Assembly (NCBI RefSeq): GCF_000315625.1
Contig: NW_005434539.1
Span: 113,501-177,500, forward strand
Length of the DNA: 64,000 nt
Reading direction: 5' to 3'
From: Guillardia theta CCMP2712
Lineage: Eukaryota; Protista; Cryptophyta
A program made the position numbers and the translations under genes. The notes beneath the pieces were generated by a model. It worked only from the letters and a program-made list of their open reading frames with translations, ran no database searches and was not told where the DNA came from. Of this stretch, positions 41,151-52,399 are shown piece after piece (position 1 is the stretch's first letter; each line of letters begins with the position of its first letter).

Positions 41151-44100
41151 ACAGCCCTGCTGCCTGCCTTGTGCCATCGACCAGCTCTAAGCCTCTCTTG
41201 CGGCAAGTGACCCTCTCCCCCTCCGACTGCTCATCTCCCTCCCCCGCTTCACACCATGACCTGTGCGCACATCTTGCTGCACGACCCCGAGACCCTGCAG
41301 GTGCCTGCCTCCAGACCTCAGCGCCTTCCCGACGGTCCTCTTGGACGGCCAGCTATCTCACGGGACGGCCGCGTCCTGCCTGGCAGCTCCTCCTTCCTCG
41401 CTCTCCAAGCCTCCGCCACCGCCATTGGCACCCGCTCCATCGACGCGCGAGGCAACTTTGTCCTCAAGCCGGACGTTCGCCCATCGGAGGAGGAGGAGAT
41501 GATCATGGCCGAGACGACAGAGGCGGCGAGCCGGAAGCTCAAGTCGCTGCGTATGCTGGAGGGCGTGATTACGTTAGAATAAACCATGTTGCTCTCATCC
41601 TTCAACCCTAAGTTGTCCGCAAGAGGCCCTGAGAGGGTCTGAGAGTTTGTCCTGCCGGCAGTGCCTCCCGAGCCCGGCACTGAACGCCGGGTCTCCCGGA
41701 TCGGATCGGACCGTCACGCCTTAGGCCCTCCGTGCCCGGCCGGGTGACCCGCGCAGGCCCGGCTGCCCACAAGCCGTGAGGGGCTCAGGGCCCGGAGCCC
41801 CATGAGGGTCAGCGGACTCGACTCGCGAAACGGCGCAGCCTCGATCTATCCCAGCCAGCCCGCACTGGATCCATCGCGTTCTATCTACCCGAGACAAGAC
41901 ACCCTTCCACACATCTTTACACACTTCTCCGGTCACGGCTCCTATGCCATGAAGGGCACACGGCCCGCGCGCAGTGCGTCACGGCCTTTCCAGGGGCGAG
42001 AATCTTCTAGATGGCTGGCAATCGGTTAGCGGAAGCTTCAGGGGGCGCTTCTTCTGAATGCTGACAAGTAGATGTCACCAGCCGTTGCGTTCTAGGCCCA
42101 ACTCCCTTCCCAGGCCCCCCCCCCCCTCCCTATAAAGGCTTCCTTCCCCCGATCGAGCTCCCACTGCCTTGTGCCCTCTGCCTTGACCACAGCCCCTGCT
42201 GCCTGCCTTGTGCCATCGACCAGCTCTAAGCCCTCTCTTTGCGGCAAGTGACCCTCTCCCCCTCCGAACTGCTCATTCTCCCTTCCCCCGCTTCACAACA
42301 TGACTTGTGCGCACATCTTGCTGCACGGACCCCGAGANNNNNNNNNNNNNNNNNNNNNNNNNNNNNNNNNNNNNNNNNNNNNNNNNNNNNNNNNNNNNNN
42401 NNNNNNNNNNNNNNNNNNNNNNNNNNNNNNNNNNNNNNNNNNNNNNNNNNNNNNNNNNNNNNNNNNNNNNNNNNNNNNNNNNNNNNNNNNNNNNNNNNNN
42501 NNNNNNNNNNNNNNNNNNNNNNNNNNNNNNNNNNNNNNNNNNNNNNNNNNNNNNNNNNNNNNNNNNNNNNNNNNNNNNNNNNNNNNNNNNNNNNNNNNNN
42601 NNNNNNNNNNNNNNNNNNNNNNNNNNNNNNNNNNNNNNNNNNNNNNNNNNNNNNNNNNNNNNNNNNNNNNNNNNNNNNNNNNNNNNNNNNNNNNNNNNNN
42701 NNNNNNNNNNNNNNNNNNNNNNNNNNNNNNNNNNNNNNNNNNNNNNNNNNNNNNNNNNNNNNNNNNNNNNNNNNNNNNNNNNNNNNNNNNNNNNNNNNNN
42801 NNNNNNNNNNNNNNNNNNNNNNNNNNNNNNNNNNNNNNNNNNNNNNNNNNNNNNNNNNNNNNNNNNNNNNNNNNNNNNNNNNNNNNNNNNNNNNNNNNNN
42901 NNNNNNNNNNNNNNNNNNNNNNNNNNNNNNNNNNNNNNNNNNNNNNNNNNNNNNNNNNNNNNNNNNNNNNNNNNNNNNNNNNNNNNNNNNNNNNNNNNNN
43001 NNNNNNNNNNNNNNNNNNNNNNNNNNNNNNNNNNNNNNNNNNNNNNNNNNNNNNNNNNNNNNNNNNNNNNNNNNNNNNNNNNNNNNGGGCGCTTCTTCTG
43101 AATGCTGACAAGTAGATGTCACCAGCCGTTGCGTTCTAGGCCCAACTCCCTTCCCAGGCCCCCCCCCCCTCCCTATAAAGGCTTCCTTCCCCCGATCGAG
43201 CTCCCACTGCCTTGTGCCCTCTGCCTTGACCACAGCCCTGCTGCCTGCCTTGTGCCATCGACCAGCTCTAAGCCTCTCTTGCGGCAAGTGACCCTCTCCC
43301 CCTCCGACTGCTCATCTCCCTCCCCCGCTTCACACCATGACCTGTGCGCACATCTTGCTGCACGACCCCGAGACCCTGCAGGTGCCTGCCTCCAGACCTC
43401 AGCGCCTTCCCGACGGTCCTCTTGGACGGCCAGCTATCTCACGGGACGGCCGCGTCCTGCCTGGCAGCTCCTCCTTCCTCGCTCTCCAAGCCTCCGCCAC
43501 CGCCATTGGCACCCGCTCCATCGACGCGCGAGGCAACTTTGTCCTCAAGCCGGACGTTCGCCCATCGGAGGAGGAGGAGATGATCATGGCCGAGACGACA
43601 GAGGCGGCGAGCCGGAAGCTCAAGTCGCTGCGTATGCTGGAGGGCGTGATTACGTTAGAATAAACCATGTTGCTCTCATCCTTCAACCCTAAGTTGTCCG
43701 CAAGAGGCCCTGAGAGGGTCTGAGAGTTTGTCCTGCCGGCAGTGCCTCCCGAGCCCGGCACTGAACGCCGGGTCTCCCGGATCGGATCGGACCGTCACGC
43801 CTTAGGCCCTCCGTGCCCGGCCGGGTGACCCGCGCAGGCCCGGCTGCCCACAAGCCGTGAGGGGCTCAGGGCCCGGAGCCCCATGAGGGTCAGCGGACTC
43901 GACTCGCGAAACGGCGCAGCCTCGATCTATCCCAGCCAGCCCGCACTGGATCCATCGCGTTCTATCTACCCGAGACAAGACACCCTTCCACACATCTTTA
44001 CACACTTCTCCGGTCACGGCTCCTATGCCATGAAGGGCACACGGCCCGCGCGCAGTGCGTCACGGCCTTTCCAGGGGCGAGAATCTTCTAGATGGCTGGC

Positions 44101-44963
44101 AATCGGTTAGCGGAAGCTTCAGGGGGCGCTTCTTCTGAATGCTGACAAGTAGATGTCACCAGCCGTTGCGTTCTAGGCCCAACTCCCTTCCCAGGCCCCC
44201 CCCCCCTCCCTATAAAGGCTTCCTTCCCCCGATCGAGCTCCCACTGCCTTGTGCCCTCTGCCTTGACCACAGCCCTGCTGCCTGCCTTGTGCCATCGACC
44301 AGCTCTAAGCCTCTCTTGCGGCAAGTGACCCTCTCCCCCTCCGACTGCTCATCTCCCTCCCCCGCTTCACACCATGACCTGTGCGCACATCTTGCTGCAC
44401 GACCCCGAGACCCTGCAGGTGCCTGCCTCCAGACCTCAGCGCCTTCCCGACGGTCCTCTTGGACGGCCAGCTATCTCACGGGACGGCCGCGTCCTGCCTG
44501 GCAGCTCCTCCTTCCTCGCTCTCCAAGCCTCCGCCACCGCCATTGGCACCCGCTCCATCGACGCGCGAGGCAACTTTGTCCTCAAGCCGGACGTTCGCCC
44601 ATCGGAGGAGGAGGAGATGATCATAGCCGAGACTCTCACGACAGAGGCGGCGAGCCGGAAGCTCAAGTCGCTGCGTATGCTGGAGGGCGTGATTACGTTA
44701 GAATAAACCATGTTGCTCTCATCCTTCAACCCTAAGTTGTCCGCAAGAGGCCCTGAGAGGGTCTGAGAGTTTGTTCTGTATTTTGTTTGGTTGTTGTACA
44801 GTGTATGGATATGGTTGTTTGTTTCTTCATCAAACCGTGTTGATATTTGCTGCTTGTTTTGCTCAATCAACACATTGGCTGACGACAGCATGCGGTGGAT
44901 GCGCATTTGATTCAGATCCTTGTTGAGGCGGGTCAGCCGGTTTTGTGGGAAAAGAATGCGAAC

Positions 44964-47192
44964 ATGAGACGCTTGTGGGTGTCTGCGGTTGTTTGGGGGA
45001 TGTGCTTGTGGGGAGGAGGAGAACGCTCTGCTAGAGCAGCAGCTGTCTCAGAACACTTGCCTTCTATCCTCCTCGATAGCTCCAACGACGAGCCAGGGTT
45101 GTTTCCAAGCTGCATTGCACTACGAGGAGGAAACCCCAACGAAGTCCCCGAGCCCGATGCTCTATCGAGCCTGTAAGGCTCTAGTCTATATCTGCGCATT
45201 CAACCAGACATGTCTATGCTCTGTCGTGCATGTACACGCGTTAGATGCACCTTGTATGCGAATGCTGAATTGTACATGCATGTGATCTGTCATATGCACA
45301 TGCTGAACGTGCACGTATAAGCTGTACCATGATGCATGTAAGTGAATATGCTGAACGTGCACGTGTAAGCTGTATCAGCATGCATGTAAGTGAATATGCT
45401 GAACGTGCACGTGTAAGCTGTATCAGCATGCATGTAAGTGAATATGCTGAACGTGCACGTATAAGCTGTACCATGATGCATGTAAGTGAATATGCTGAAC
45501 GTGCACGTGTAAGCTGTATCAGCATGCATGTAAGTGAATATGCTGAACGTGCACGTGTAAGCTGTATCAGCATGCATGTAAGTGAATATGCTGAACGTGC
45601 ACGTATAAGCTGTACCATGATGCATGTAAGTGAATATGCTGAACGTGCACGTGTAAGCTGTATCAGCATGCATGTAAGTGAATATGCTGAACGTGCACGT
45701 GTAAGCTGTATCAGCATGCATGTAAGTGAATATGCATTGTGGCACAAGCAAGTGGAGTGACCCTTGGACTCTCATTCAAGAGCTTTGATCTGATCTGCGC
45801 GTGGAGGTTTGCAGAGGCAGATGGAGATAAAGAAGAACCTCATGCTCGTTTCATCTCCTTCAACCTTGAGGGAAGACTCCTTCACTTGCAGTCGCCTAGA
45901 AGGTCAGACCCTTGCCGGCCGCGCATTTGCAATTGAAAGAGGAGCATAGGAGCTTAGAGGAAGGGATGGGAGCTGAGAGGAAGGGATAGGAGCTGAGAGG
46001 AAGGGATAGGAGCTGAGAGGAAGGGATAGGAGCTGAGAGGAAGGGATAGGAGCTGAGAGGAAGGGATAGGAGCTGAGAGGAAGGGATAGGAGCTGAGAGG
46101 AAGGGATAGGAGCTGAGAGGAAGGGATAGGAGCTGAGAGGAAGGCAGGCATTCTCTTTGGGGTCACCTCCTCTGGAACTCAGCCAAGTGCATGGTCGAAT
46201 ATCTCGTTGAGCATGCAGAAGACATCCGAGGCAAGCAGGTGACGGAACCACTGCCTGCAGAGATGCTTGCTTGTGCTCAAGTGCTGCAGATCGTCGAGCT
46301 CGGAGCCGGCATTGGGCTCCCTTCAGTCGTGGCATCGATGAAAGGTGATGTTGAATGGATGGTTGGGCTACACGAGAGGGACGATGGCATGTGGCAGGAG
46401 CAAAGCGAGTGGTGATCACAGACTACCCGGACGAGGATCTGCTGATGACAATCAAAAGCAATGTCGAGCGTCTCGATCTCAAGGTGGGTTGCGCGCCATT
46501 GATCGCGATCACGCATGAACCTGACAAATATGGAAAGAACATGGAGGTAGTGGGACACAAGTGGGGAAGCAACACCCAACAATTGAGGGACCTGTCCTGC
46601 GGCAGAGGTTTTGACCTCATCATCATCTCAGACGCCATCTTCAATCATTACGCACATAACGCTCTTCTCCGGTGAAAGCTTTGTTGTGCGAATTTTGTTT
46701 CTGACAGAGCTCAGCTCATGTTCAGAACTCTTGTGCGATTCACCAGAATCGAGAATCCTTGTTAGCTTCTCACACCATCGGTTTGTGATGATTCGATATT
46801 GTTCCTAATGATCAGTGTGCCTGAAAGACCTCGACTGTACAAGGAAGATTTGAACTTCTTCGAGGTTCACTTGTTGCGATCCTGAATCTCAGCTCATTCT
46901 AGATCTGATTCATATCCAAGCTTGCGGTCCTCCCTGAGCATGGAAGCTTTCAAGTGACCAAAGTAGGAGAGTGGAATTTACAGCCAATGGAAGTTGACGA
47001 CAGTGAGCGACAAGTCTCGTCTTTGTTGTAAATATTCATGGCATCTTCAGATTCTACGAGGAGTTATGTCGAGCATCATCACGAGGACGTTGATCCTGGC
47101 AAAGTATACACAAGTTTCTTTCGCTTTGAACTGAGCACTCTCCTTTTCATCAGGTCATGCTATATGAACTCCGACGGCGCATCGTCAAGTAA
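44964..47192 (+). CDS. EFM7/NNT1-like protein N-terminal/lysine methyltransferase (Methyltransf_16), multi-exon
   Basis: Exons give HSLWGHLLWNSA, IVELGAGIGLPS (SAM motif I), VVITDYPDEDL, GHKWG, FDLIIISDAIFNH, VSFSHHRP and EDLNFFE, collinear with yeast Efm7. N-terminal extension with LRGG; stop TAA 47190-47192. Confidence 0.85.
45301..45732. repeat. Intronic 48-bp minisatellite, 9 units in (ABB)x3 higher-order pattern
   Basis: Unit TGCTGAACGTGCACGT[A/G]TAAGCTGTA[CCATG/TCAGC]ATGCATGTAAGTGAATA. Confidence 0.95.
45951..46144. repeat. Intronic 20-bp minisatellite, about 10 units
   Basis: AGCTGAGAGGAAGGGATAGG tandem. Confidence 0.95.
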
Positions 47193-48019
47193 CTGGACGG
47201 CAGAAATCCAGAAGCGTCTTCTGTCCTCTATCGTTTTTGATGTGAGGCTTGTCAACGGTGCAAGTTTTGCATCTACAATTCTTTGGTGGGCCCACCTTAT
47301 ACTTCTCCTGAATCCAATCCATGATAACATGCACAACCCAGTCCTCCTGTTTGCTGCTCAGCTCACCTTCATGGCAAATATGGTGCCACTTGAACAAGCA
47401 CTGCCTGCAACATGTGGCCTATCATGATCGAAAGAAACAAGATCAGCTAGCATAAATTCTAACACCATGGAATCACCGTGGCATGTTGGGCAAGGAATAC
47501 AGGGTGACCCCGCATGGGAGTTTGCCTTCCGTCCACAACTCCTTGGAGAGTTGAGATTCGTCTTCGCACAATGTCTCTGCATGCCCTTCTCATCGCTTCC
47601 AGGCCATGCTTGCTCACCATTCGCACTTCTCTCGGCCCTAAGTGAAATTTACTTTGCCATTTACCTTGCGTCCATGCTGCCTTGAGCCTGGCAAGATTGG
47701 GGGGGGTCCAGTCTGTAATTGCTGAAGGTGGGCGATGCGGCATGATCGCATGTCTAAGCTCTGAATGCACATCCGCCCGTAGTTCCTCGCAGACATCTGT
47801 TGCCCTACCCCTCTCTCCTGCTTCACCATCCAAGTGAAAACCTCGTTGACCGTCAGATATTGCTGGTGATGCTGTACAAGGTGTAACAGCATAGAAGCTT
47901 CTCGCTGGTTCAGGGTCGGCGATTGACGTTTGAAGCGCCATCATCGTGAACAAAACGATCTTATCTGCCCCGTAAAACAACCAAGAACCTGTTTGCCTAA
48001 TGTTTAAGGAGGCGTTCAA
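47185..48019 (-). CDS. DUF4186-domain protein; 5' end uncertain
   Basis: QSKFHLGPRE...DGRQTPMRGHPVFLAQHAT|intron|ATCCRQCLFKWHHI...ELSSKQEDWVVHVIMDWI matches the bacterial DUF4186 consensus (DGKQTPMRGHPVFIAQHATATCCRGCLxKWH). Confidence 0.85.
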
Positions 48020-48334
48020 AGCAGGGAGGCAGCGGAAGAAGAGGGTTGGCCGGTGTCTCTCAGTTCAAGCTGTAAGATCGCGCTCAGTCGCCGTGAGATC
48101 AAGCAAGAGCAACACGAGATTGACCAGCGCCCTGCTCCTTGTGTGGCTGAAGCTTCTGCGAGGACACAGCGATAAAGCCGGCTGGTTGGCGGGAAGGCAG
48201 TCGATTTTGAAATTTGAAATGGAGTGTAACCTCTCTCTGAGGCGAGCATGCAGGATCGCTTCTCAGGCTCTCGTCAAGTTCGCTGTCTCGAGTCTTCGGC
48301 TTGGCCGCCCAGCAGCCATCTTGAGGAACTAAAT

Positions 48335-48820
48335 CAGCGATGAGCTTGAAACGAACTCAGCGATGAGCTTGAAACGAGACCAGCGATCAGCTTGAAACGA
48401 GACCAGCGATGAGCTTGAAACGAACTCAGCGATGAGCTTGAAACGAACTCAGCGATGAGCTTGAAACGAGACCAGCGATGAGCTTGAAACGAACTCAGCG
48501 ATGAGCTTGAAACGAACTCAGCGATGAGCTTGAAACGAACTCAGCGATGAGCTTGAAACGAGACCAGCGATGAGCTTGAAACGAACTCAGCGATGAGCTT
48601 GAAACGAACTCAGCGATGAGCTTGAAACGAGACCAGCGATGAGCTTGAAACGAGACCAGCGATGAGCTTGAAACGAACTCAGCGATGAGCTTGAAACGAG
48701 ACCAGCGATGAGCTTGAAACGAACTCAGCGATGAGCTTGAAACGAGACCAGCGATGAGCTTGAAACGAACTCAGCAATCAGCTTGAAACGAACTCAGCGA
48801 TCAGCTTGAAACGAGACCAG
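48335..48820. repeat. 23-bp minisatellite, about 21 units, two variants
   Basis: CAGCGATGAGCTTGAAACGA[ACT/GAC] tandem with no spacers. Confidence 0.95.
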
Positions 48821-49099
48821 TACATGATGCAGTCTTTATTCGCTTAGCTCGTCTCGCCCTTGAACTCATGTACATCCCCACTTGTCGGATGATACTTGTT
48901 TCTCATCAAAGCAGCGCTTCCTTTAAACCAAAACCCTGAGGCACCTGCTCAAGCATGTCACTGGCATCTCATCTTGTCAGCGAGAATAAACAAGGAGCAC
49001 ATAGATTTCATCAGGACGATCATCGTCATCACACTTAACCAGCCCCACCATATCAGAAATACATCCGATCATCATCATATCGATACAACAAATGCCCCT

Positions 49100-50141
49100 T
49101 AGAATGCTTACCGGCTGCAGTCATGTAAAAGCACATGGCAGGGACGCGAGTATGGAACGCAAAAAACGGGTTTATCATCAAAGGCTTTAGCAGCCCTGCT
49201 GTGTGTCAAACATGAAAATGCAGCTGATGTAATTTTACCCGCATGTTCCAAGCCCTTGAGCACTAAGAGACAGGCTGACATCTTGGCTCCGTACTCGAGC
49301 CCTCCGTTAACGCCCTGCAGCACCTGCTGTCAGCTACCTGAACAACCTGACTTGTCACAAGAAACGACCTCCTCAATAGCTTTCTGTACAGCAAAATCTC
49401 TCCTTTCATTCATCAACCTGTCAGTATGTATCATCCCACTTTCATGGAAAGCTGAAGGTACATGTGAATCTCCTCGCTGTCTTTGGTCTTGTGCCATGCT
49501 CTGGTCTGTGCTCAAGTTGAGTGGATCGCAGGACCTGGGCCGAGTGAACCTGCTCGAGGTATTTGACGGTGCTTTCAGTTCGATCTGGATGACCAAAAAG
49601 AGACGCACGAGCCTTTAAATTGTTGAGCGCAAGTAGCGATAAAGAGGTTGAGCACTCTAGAAACCTGGGATATCTTGTAGTTCCAATACACCAAAAACGC
49701 AGTTCCTAGAGCAGTGAACTGAGAAGATAACAGGTCAGATTAGATAATGTCAATTGAATGATGCAGTCGAGAGGAAATCTTATTACCCCTGCGAGATATA
49801 TCATCACATGCCGATTCGTGAATTTTGATACATTGATATCAGCATCTGCAACATTCTCAGAGGCCGCTAGAAAGCATCGAATCAGTTGACTACCAGGCGG
49901 TCGCCACACGGATGCGTTCGGGTTGTAACTTGATTTGCCAGTAAGGTACGCGTATGCCTGCAGCATCCGAGATACATCGACGCATCATCATTACTGGCTG
50001 ACCTGCTGAACGTTCTTGAATCGAGCTTCGTTCCTTTTCCGATCTTCGACCGGGGTTTGGTGATGCTTGTCGGGGTGGAGCTCCTTTAGCTTCAAGCTCA
50101 GTTCGTGCAAGCAACCATAGCATACGATGCTTTATGAGCAT
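49100..50141 (-). CDS. Hypothetical multi-exon protein
   Basis: Chain of same-strand short ORFs (49890-50141, 49706-49966, 49330-49608) with splice-like boundaries; no recognisable domain. Confidence 0.3.
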
Positions 50142-50686
50142 ACCTTGACGAGGTCAAGATATGCAGACTTGATTTCAAGTTGCGTTGCTGATCTCTTCAA
50201 ACCTAGAACTTTCCTGTTTCGAATCACATCACGGCATGTTGGACATCACAGTGCTCAAGCAGGTTTCTTCTCGTCCAGTCATCCCTCCCTACGACCCTCC
50301 CTCCATCCCCTCGTCCTTGCCTCCCTCTCCCTCTCCCTCGACCTCGCCCTCGCCCTCCCTCCCTGAGCTCACCAGGGATCGTCCTCGACCATCGCACTCC
50401 AATGTCTACTACCACCCACACCCATTCCATTACCAATCTGCACTATGTACCGGTCCACATTCCCTAGTAGTACCCCGGTATCTTATTAGTCTCATCATAG
50501 CTGACAGGACCCCCACCAGCCTTACGATGGACCCGAGCGCGTATCTTTGCTTCAACATTAGCTTGAGTAAGCTTATGTGCATTTTGTCTGCGATCATACA
50601 ATCATGCAGTATGCTTGCTATCATTCAGCTGCACTGACATGTTTTACTCGTTATCGCACAGACAATGGTCATCCCTTCTGTCGAGC

Positions 50687-52159
50687 TTATACATGACGCG
50701 AAGTCATCTGATCAAAGAAAATCAAGCCAGAACCAATACAAAGCAAAGACACAAAACATAGAATGCAGCTGTTACGATTGTGAATTTCTGCTCGTTCTTC
50801 TTCCAGCTTCTTATTTTCTGCCATGACTTGTTTCAACGAATGTTGCAACTCTACCAGTTCTGCTCGGCAGCTGGAGATTTGAGACTCTGAATTTCGTGTG
50901 AGGTTGGCAGCTTTCGATTTGCAGGTCTGACTGACTTTCTGAGCCTCCTCCTTCCACTTCAGCATCTCAACCATGAGCTCAGTGTTGTTTCTACCAAGCT
51001 GCTCGATCTGTGTTTGTACTGCACGATTCTCCATACTCAAGCTTCGATTCTGCAGTATTGATGTAACCAGGATGATTCCGACTAAAAACCAAATCGCTGA
51101 AGCTCGATAGCGGGGAAACAAGTCCAGGATCACTTTGCGAAATGCTATGCTCGAAGGTAAAACAGTGAAGAGAAGCGTGGGCATCCATCGCCCTTCTTTT
51201 TGTTTCTTCCAGGTCGAGAAAGTATCGAGAGCTTCTTGCTTGAGAGAGAGCAAATGTCTGCCTAAGACGAGCCTTCTTAACAGAGTGAAGTCGGAATGCT
51301 GACGATCATCCAGGCGACATGTACCCCAGGCGTATTCACGGTATTCGAAATTCTTGGCAGCGATGATGGTAAAGGGCGGCATCTCAGCATCATCAGCAAG
51401 GGTTTCGTCTCTGCCAACAACTCCATCGGCCGTCTTCACTGTCCAGGGGTACAGACGAATCTTTGAGTCGGTGGAGAGCTGGGCTGCAACGAGTCGTCGA
51501 AACTCAAGAGTCTCGTCTCTTGTCATAGTGTCGGACTTTGCTATCACCGGAATGATCGGAATCAATCTTGAAACTTCTCTCATGAAGTCAATGTCAATCG
51601 TCTTGAGCCTGTGTGGCGCAATGAAGTAAAGGCACGCCGAAACTAAATGGCGCGAAGGCAAACCGCTTCCTTCCCAGGTGAGATTCTGTTGGATTTCAGT
51701 GTAGGTTGTCTCCCACTGAGCTTTGATGTGGTCGGTGATCTTGGTAAAGTCCAGCCTCATGTCTGTGTGCTCTCCGTACCCAGGTGTGTCGATGATGGAG
51801 AGGATGATTGGTCGACAGGGGTCATCTGTTTGAATTGTCACGGGCGGGTACTCCCTGATCTCAAGCGTCTTGCTTTTCTCGGTCATGTCTTGCATCCCGT
51901 CCAACTCGCTCTCACCATAGCGATGAAGAATGCACCGGATAGAAGTGGTCTTACCTAAGCCGCTTTCTCCTACAACCATCAGCTTCACGTGCTCGGGTCG
52001 CAGCTTCTGGTCCTGCATTAAGTTGGCCCATTTGATCACTTCAGGTCTTTTCTTCTTCTCGCCATCTTTGATTGGAGTCGAAGGTTCTTGTCTTGTCTTC
52101 TTCTCGTCGCTCATCTTTGTCGCAGCCTGAGCTTCTTCGTGTGGATTTCCCCCGTCCAT
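50687..52159 (-). CDS. Septin-family GTPase with C-terminal TM-coiled coil-TM extension, intronless, 490 aa
   Basis: G1 VVGESGLGKTT, G3 IIDTPGYG, ACLYFIAP, G4 IPVIAKSDTMT, PPFTII, septin unique element REYAWG...HSDFTLLR. Hydrophobic SAIWFLVGIILVTSIL and CILCFVSLLCIGSGLIFF flank a heptad region. Confidence 0.92.
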   Translation of the reverse strand: MDGGNPHEEAQAATKMSDEKKTRQEPSTPIKDGEKKKRPEVIKWANLMQDQKLRPEHVKLMVVGESGLGKTTSIRCILHRYGESELDGMQDMTEKSKTLEIREYPPVTIQTDDPCRPIILSIIDTPGYGEHTDMRLDFTKITDHIKAQWETTYTEIQQNLTWEGSGLPSRHLVSACLYFIAPHRLKTIDIDFMREVSRLIPIIPVIAKSDTMTRDETLEFRRLVAAQLSTDSKIRLYPWTVKTADGVVGRDETLADDAEMPPFTIIAAKNFEYREYAWGTCRLDDRQHSDFTLLRRLVLGRHLLSLKQEALDTFSTWKKQKEGRWMPTLLFTVLPSSIAFRKVILDLFPRYRASAIWFLVGIILVTSILQNRSLSMENRAVQTQIEQLGRNNTELMVEMLKWKEEAQKVSQTCKSKAANLTRNSESQISSCRAELVELQHSLKQVMAENKKLEEERAEIHNRNSCILCFVSLLCIGSGLIFFDQMTSRHV

Positions 52160-52399
52160 GCGGCAGTGCGTGTTGGCTCAACCCAAACGGTTTCCCAGCA
52201 GCTGAGAGCCCTTCAAGAGAGCTGAGGCCGGGGCCCGGCCCGGGCCCGCCGCCGCTGCCGGACTAACGAGTCACCTTCCACATCATCATGGCTTTTACTC
52301 AAAGTTAAAAAAATCAGTACAAGGACAATGATGCCTACTATTGCATGACTACACCGATCGGATTTCCTCCTGTCCAGCTGCCGTTGTGCTGATCTGCAA

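Larger units (their letters stand above)
36060..44775 (+). repeat. Tandem array of a ~1.04-kb unit (at least 7 partial or complete copies, gapped); each unit has a TATA-like box, a 108-aa ORF and AATAAA
   Basis: Identical ORF starts at 43102 and 44139 give a period of 1037. CCTATAAAG (e.g. 36607) lies upstream of MTCAHILLHDPETLQ...LEGVITLE (36772, 39970, 41256, 43337, 44374), whose stop overlaps AATAAA in most copies. Confidence 0.92.

Noticed and set aside
36060-44775. Array as a 5S rRNA, snRNA or spliced-leader gene cluster
   Set aside because: No recognisable 5S, U-snRNA or tRNA sequence in the unit; an Rfam/Infernal scan would be needed to exclude this fully.
45241-45775. Repetitive ORFs of 143-168 aa on both strands
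   Set aside because: Artefacts of the 48-bp minisatellite inside the methyltransferase intron.
48335-48820. CRISPR-like array of 23-bp repeats
   Set aside because: No unique spacers (only a 3-nt ACT/GAC dimorphism), no cas genes, eukaryotic context; it is a minisatellite.
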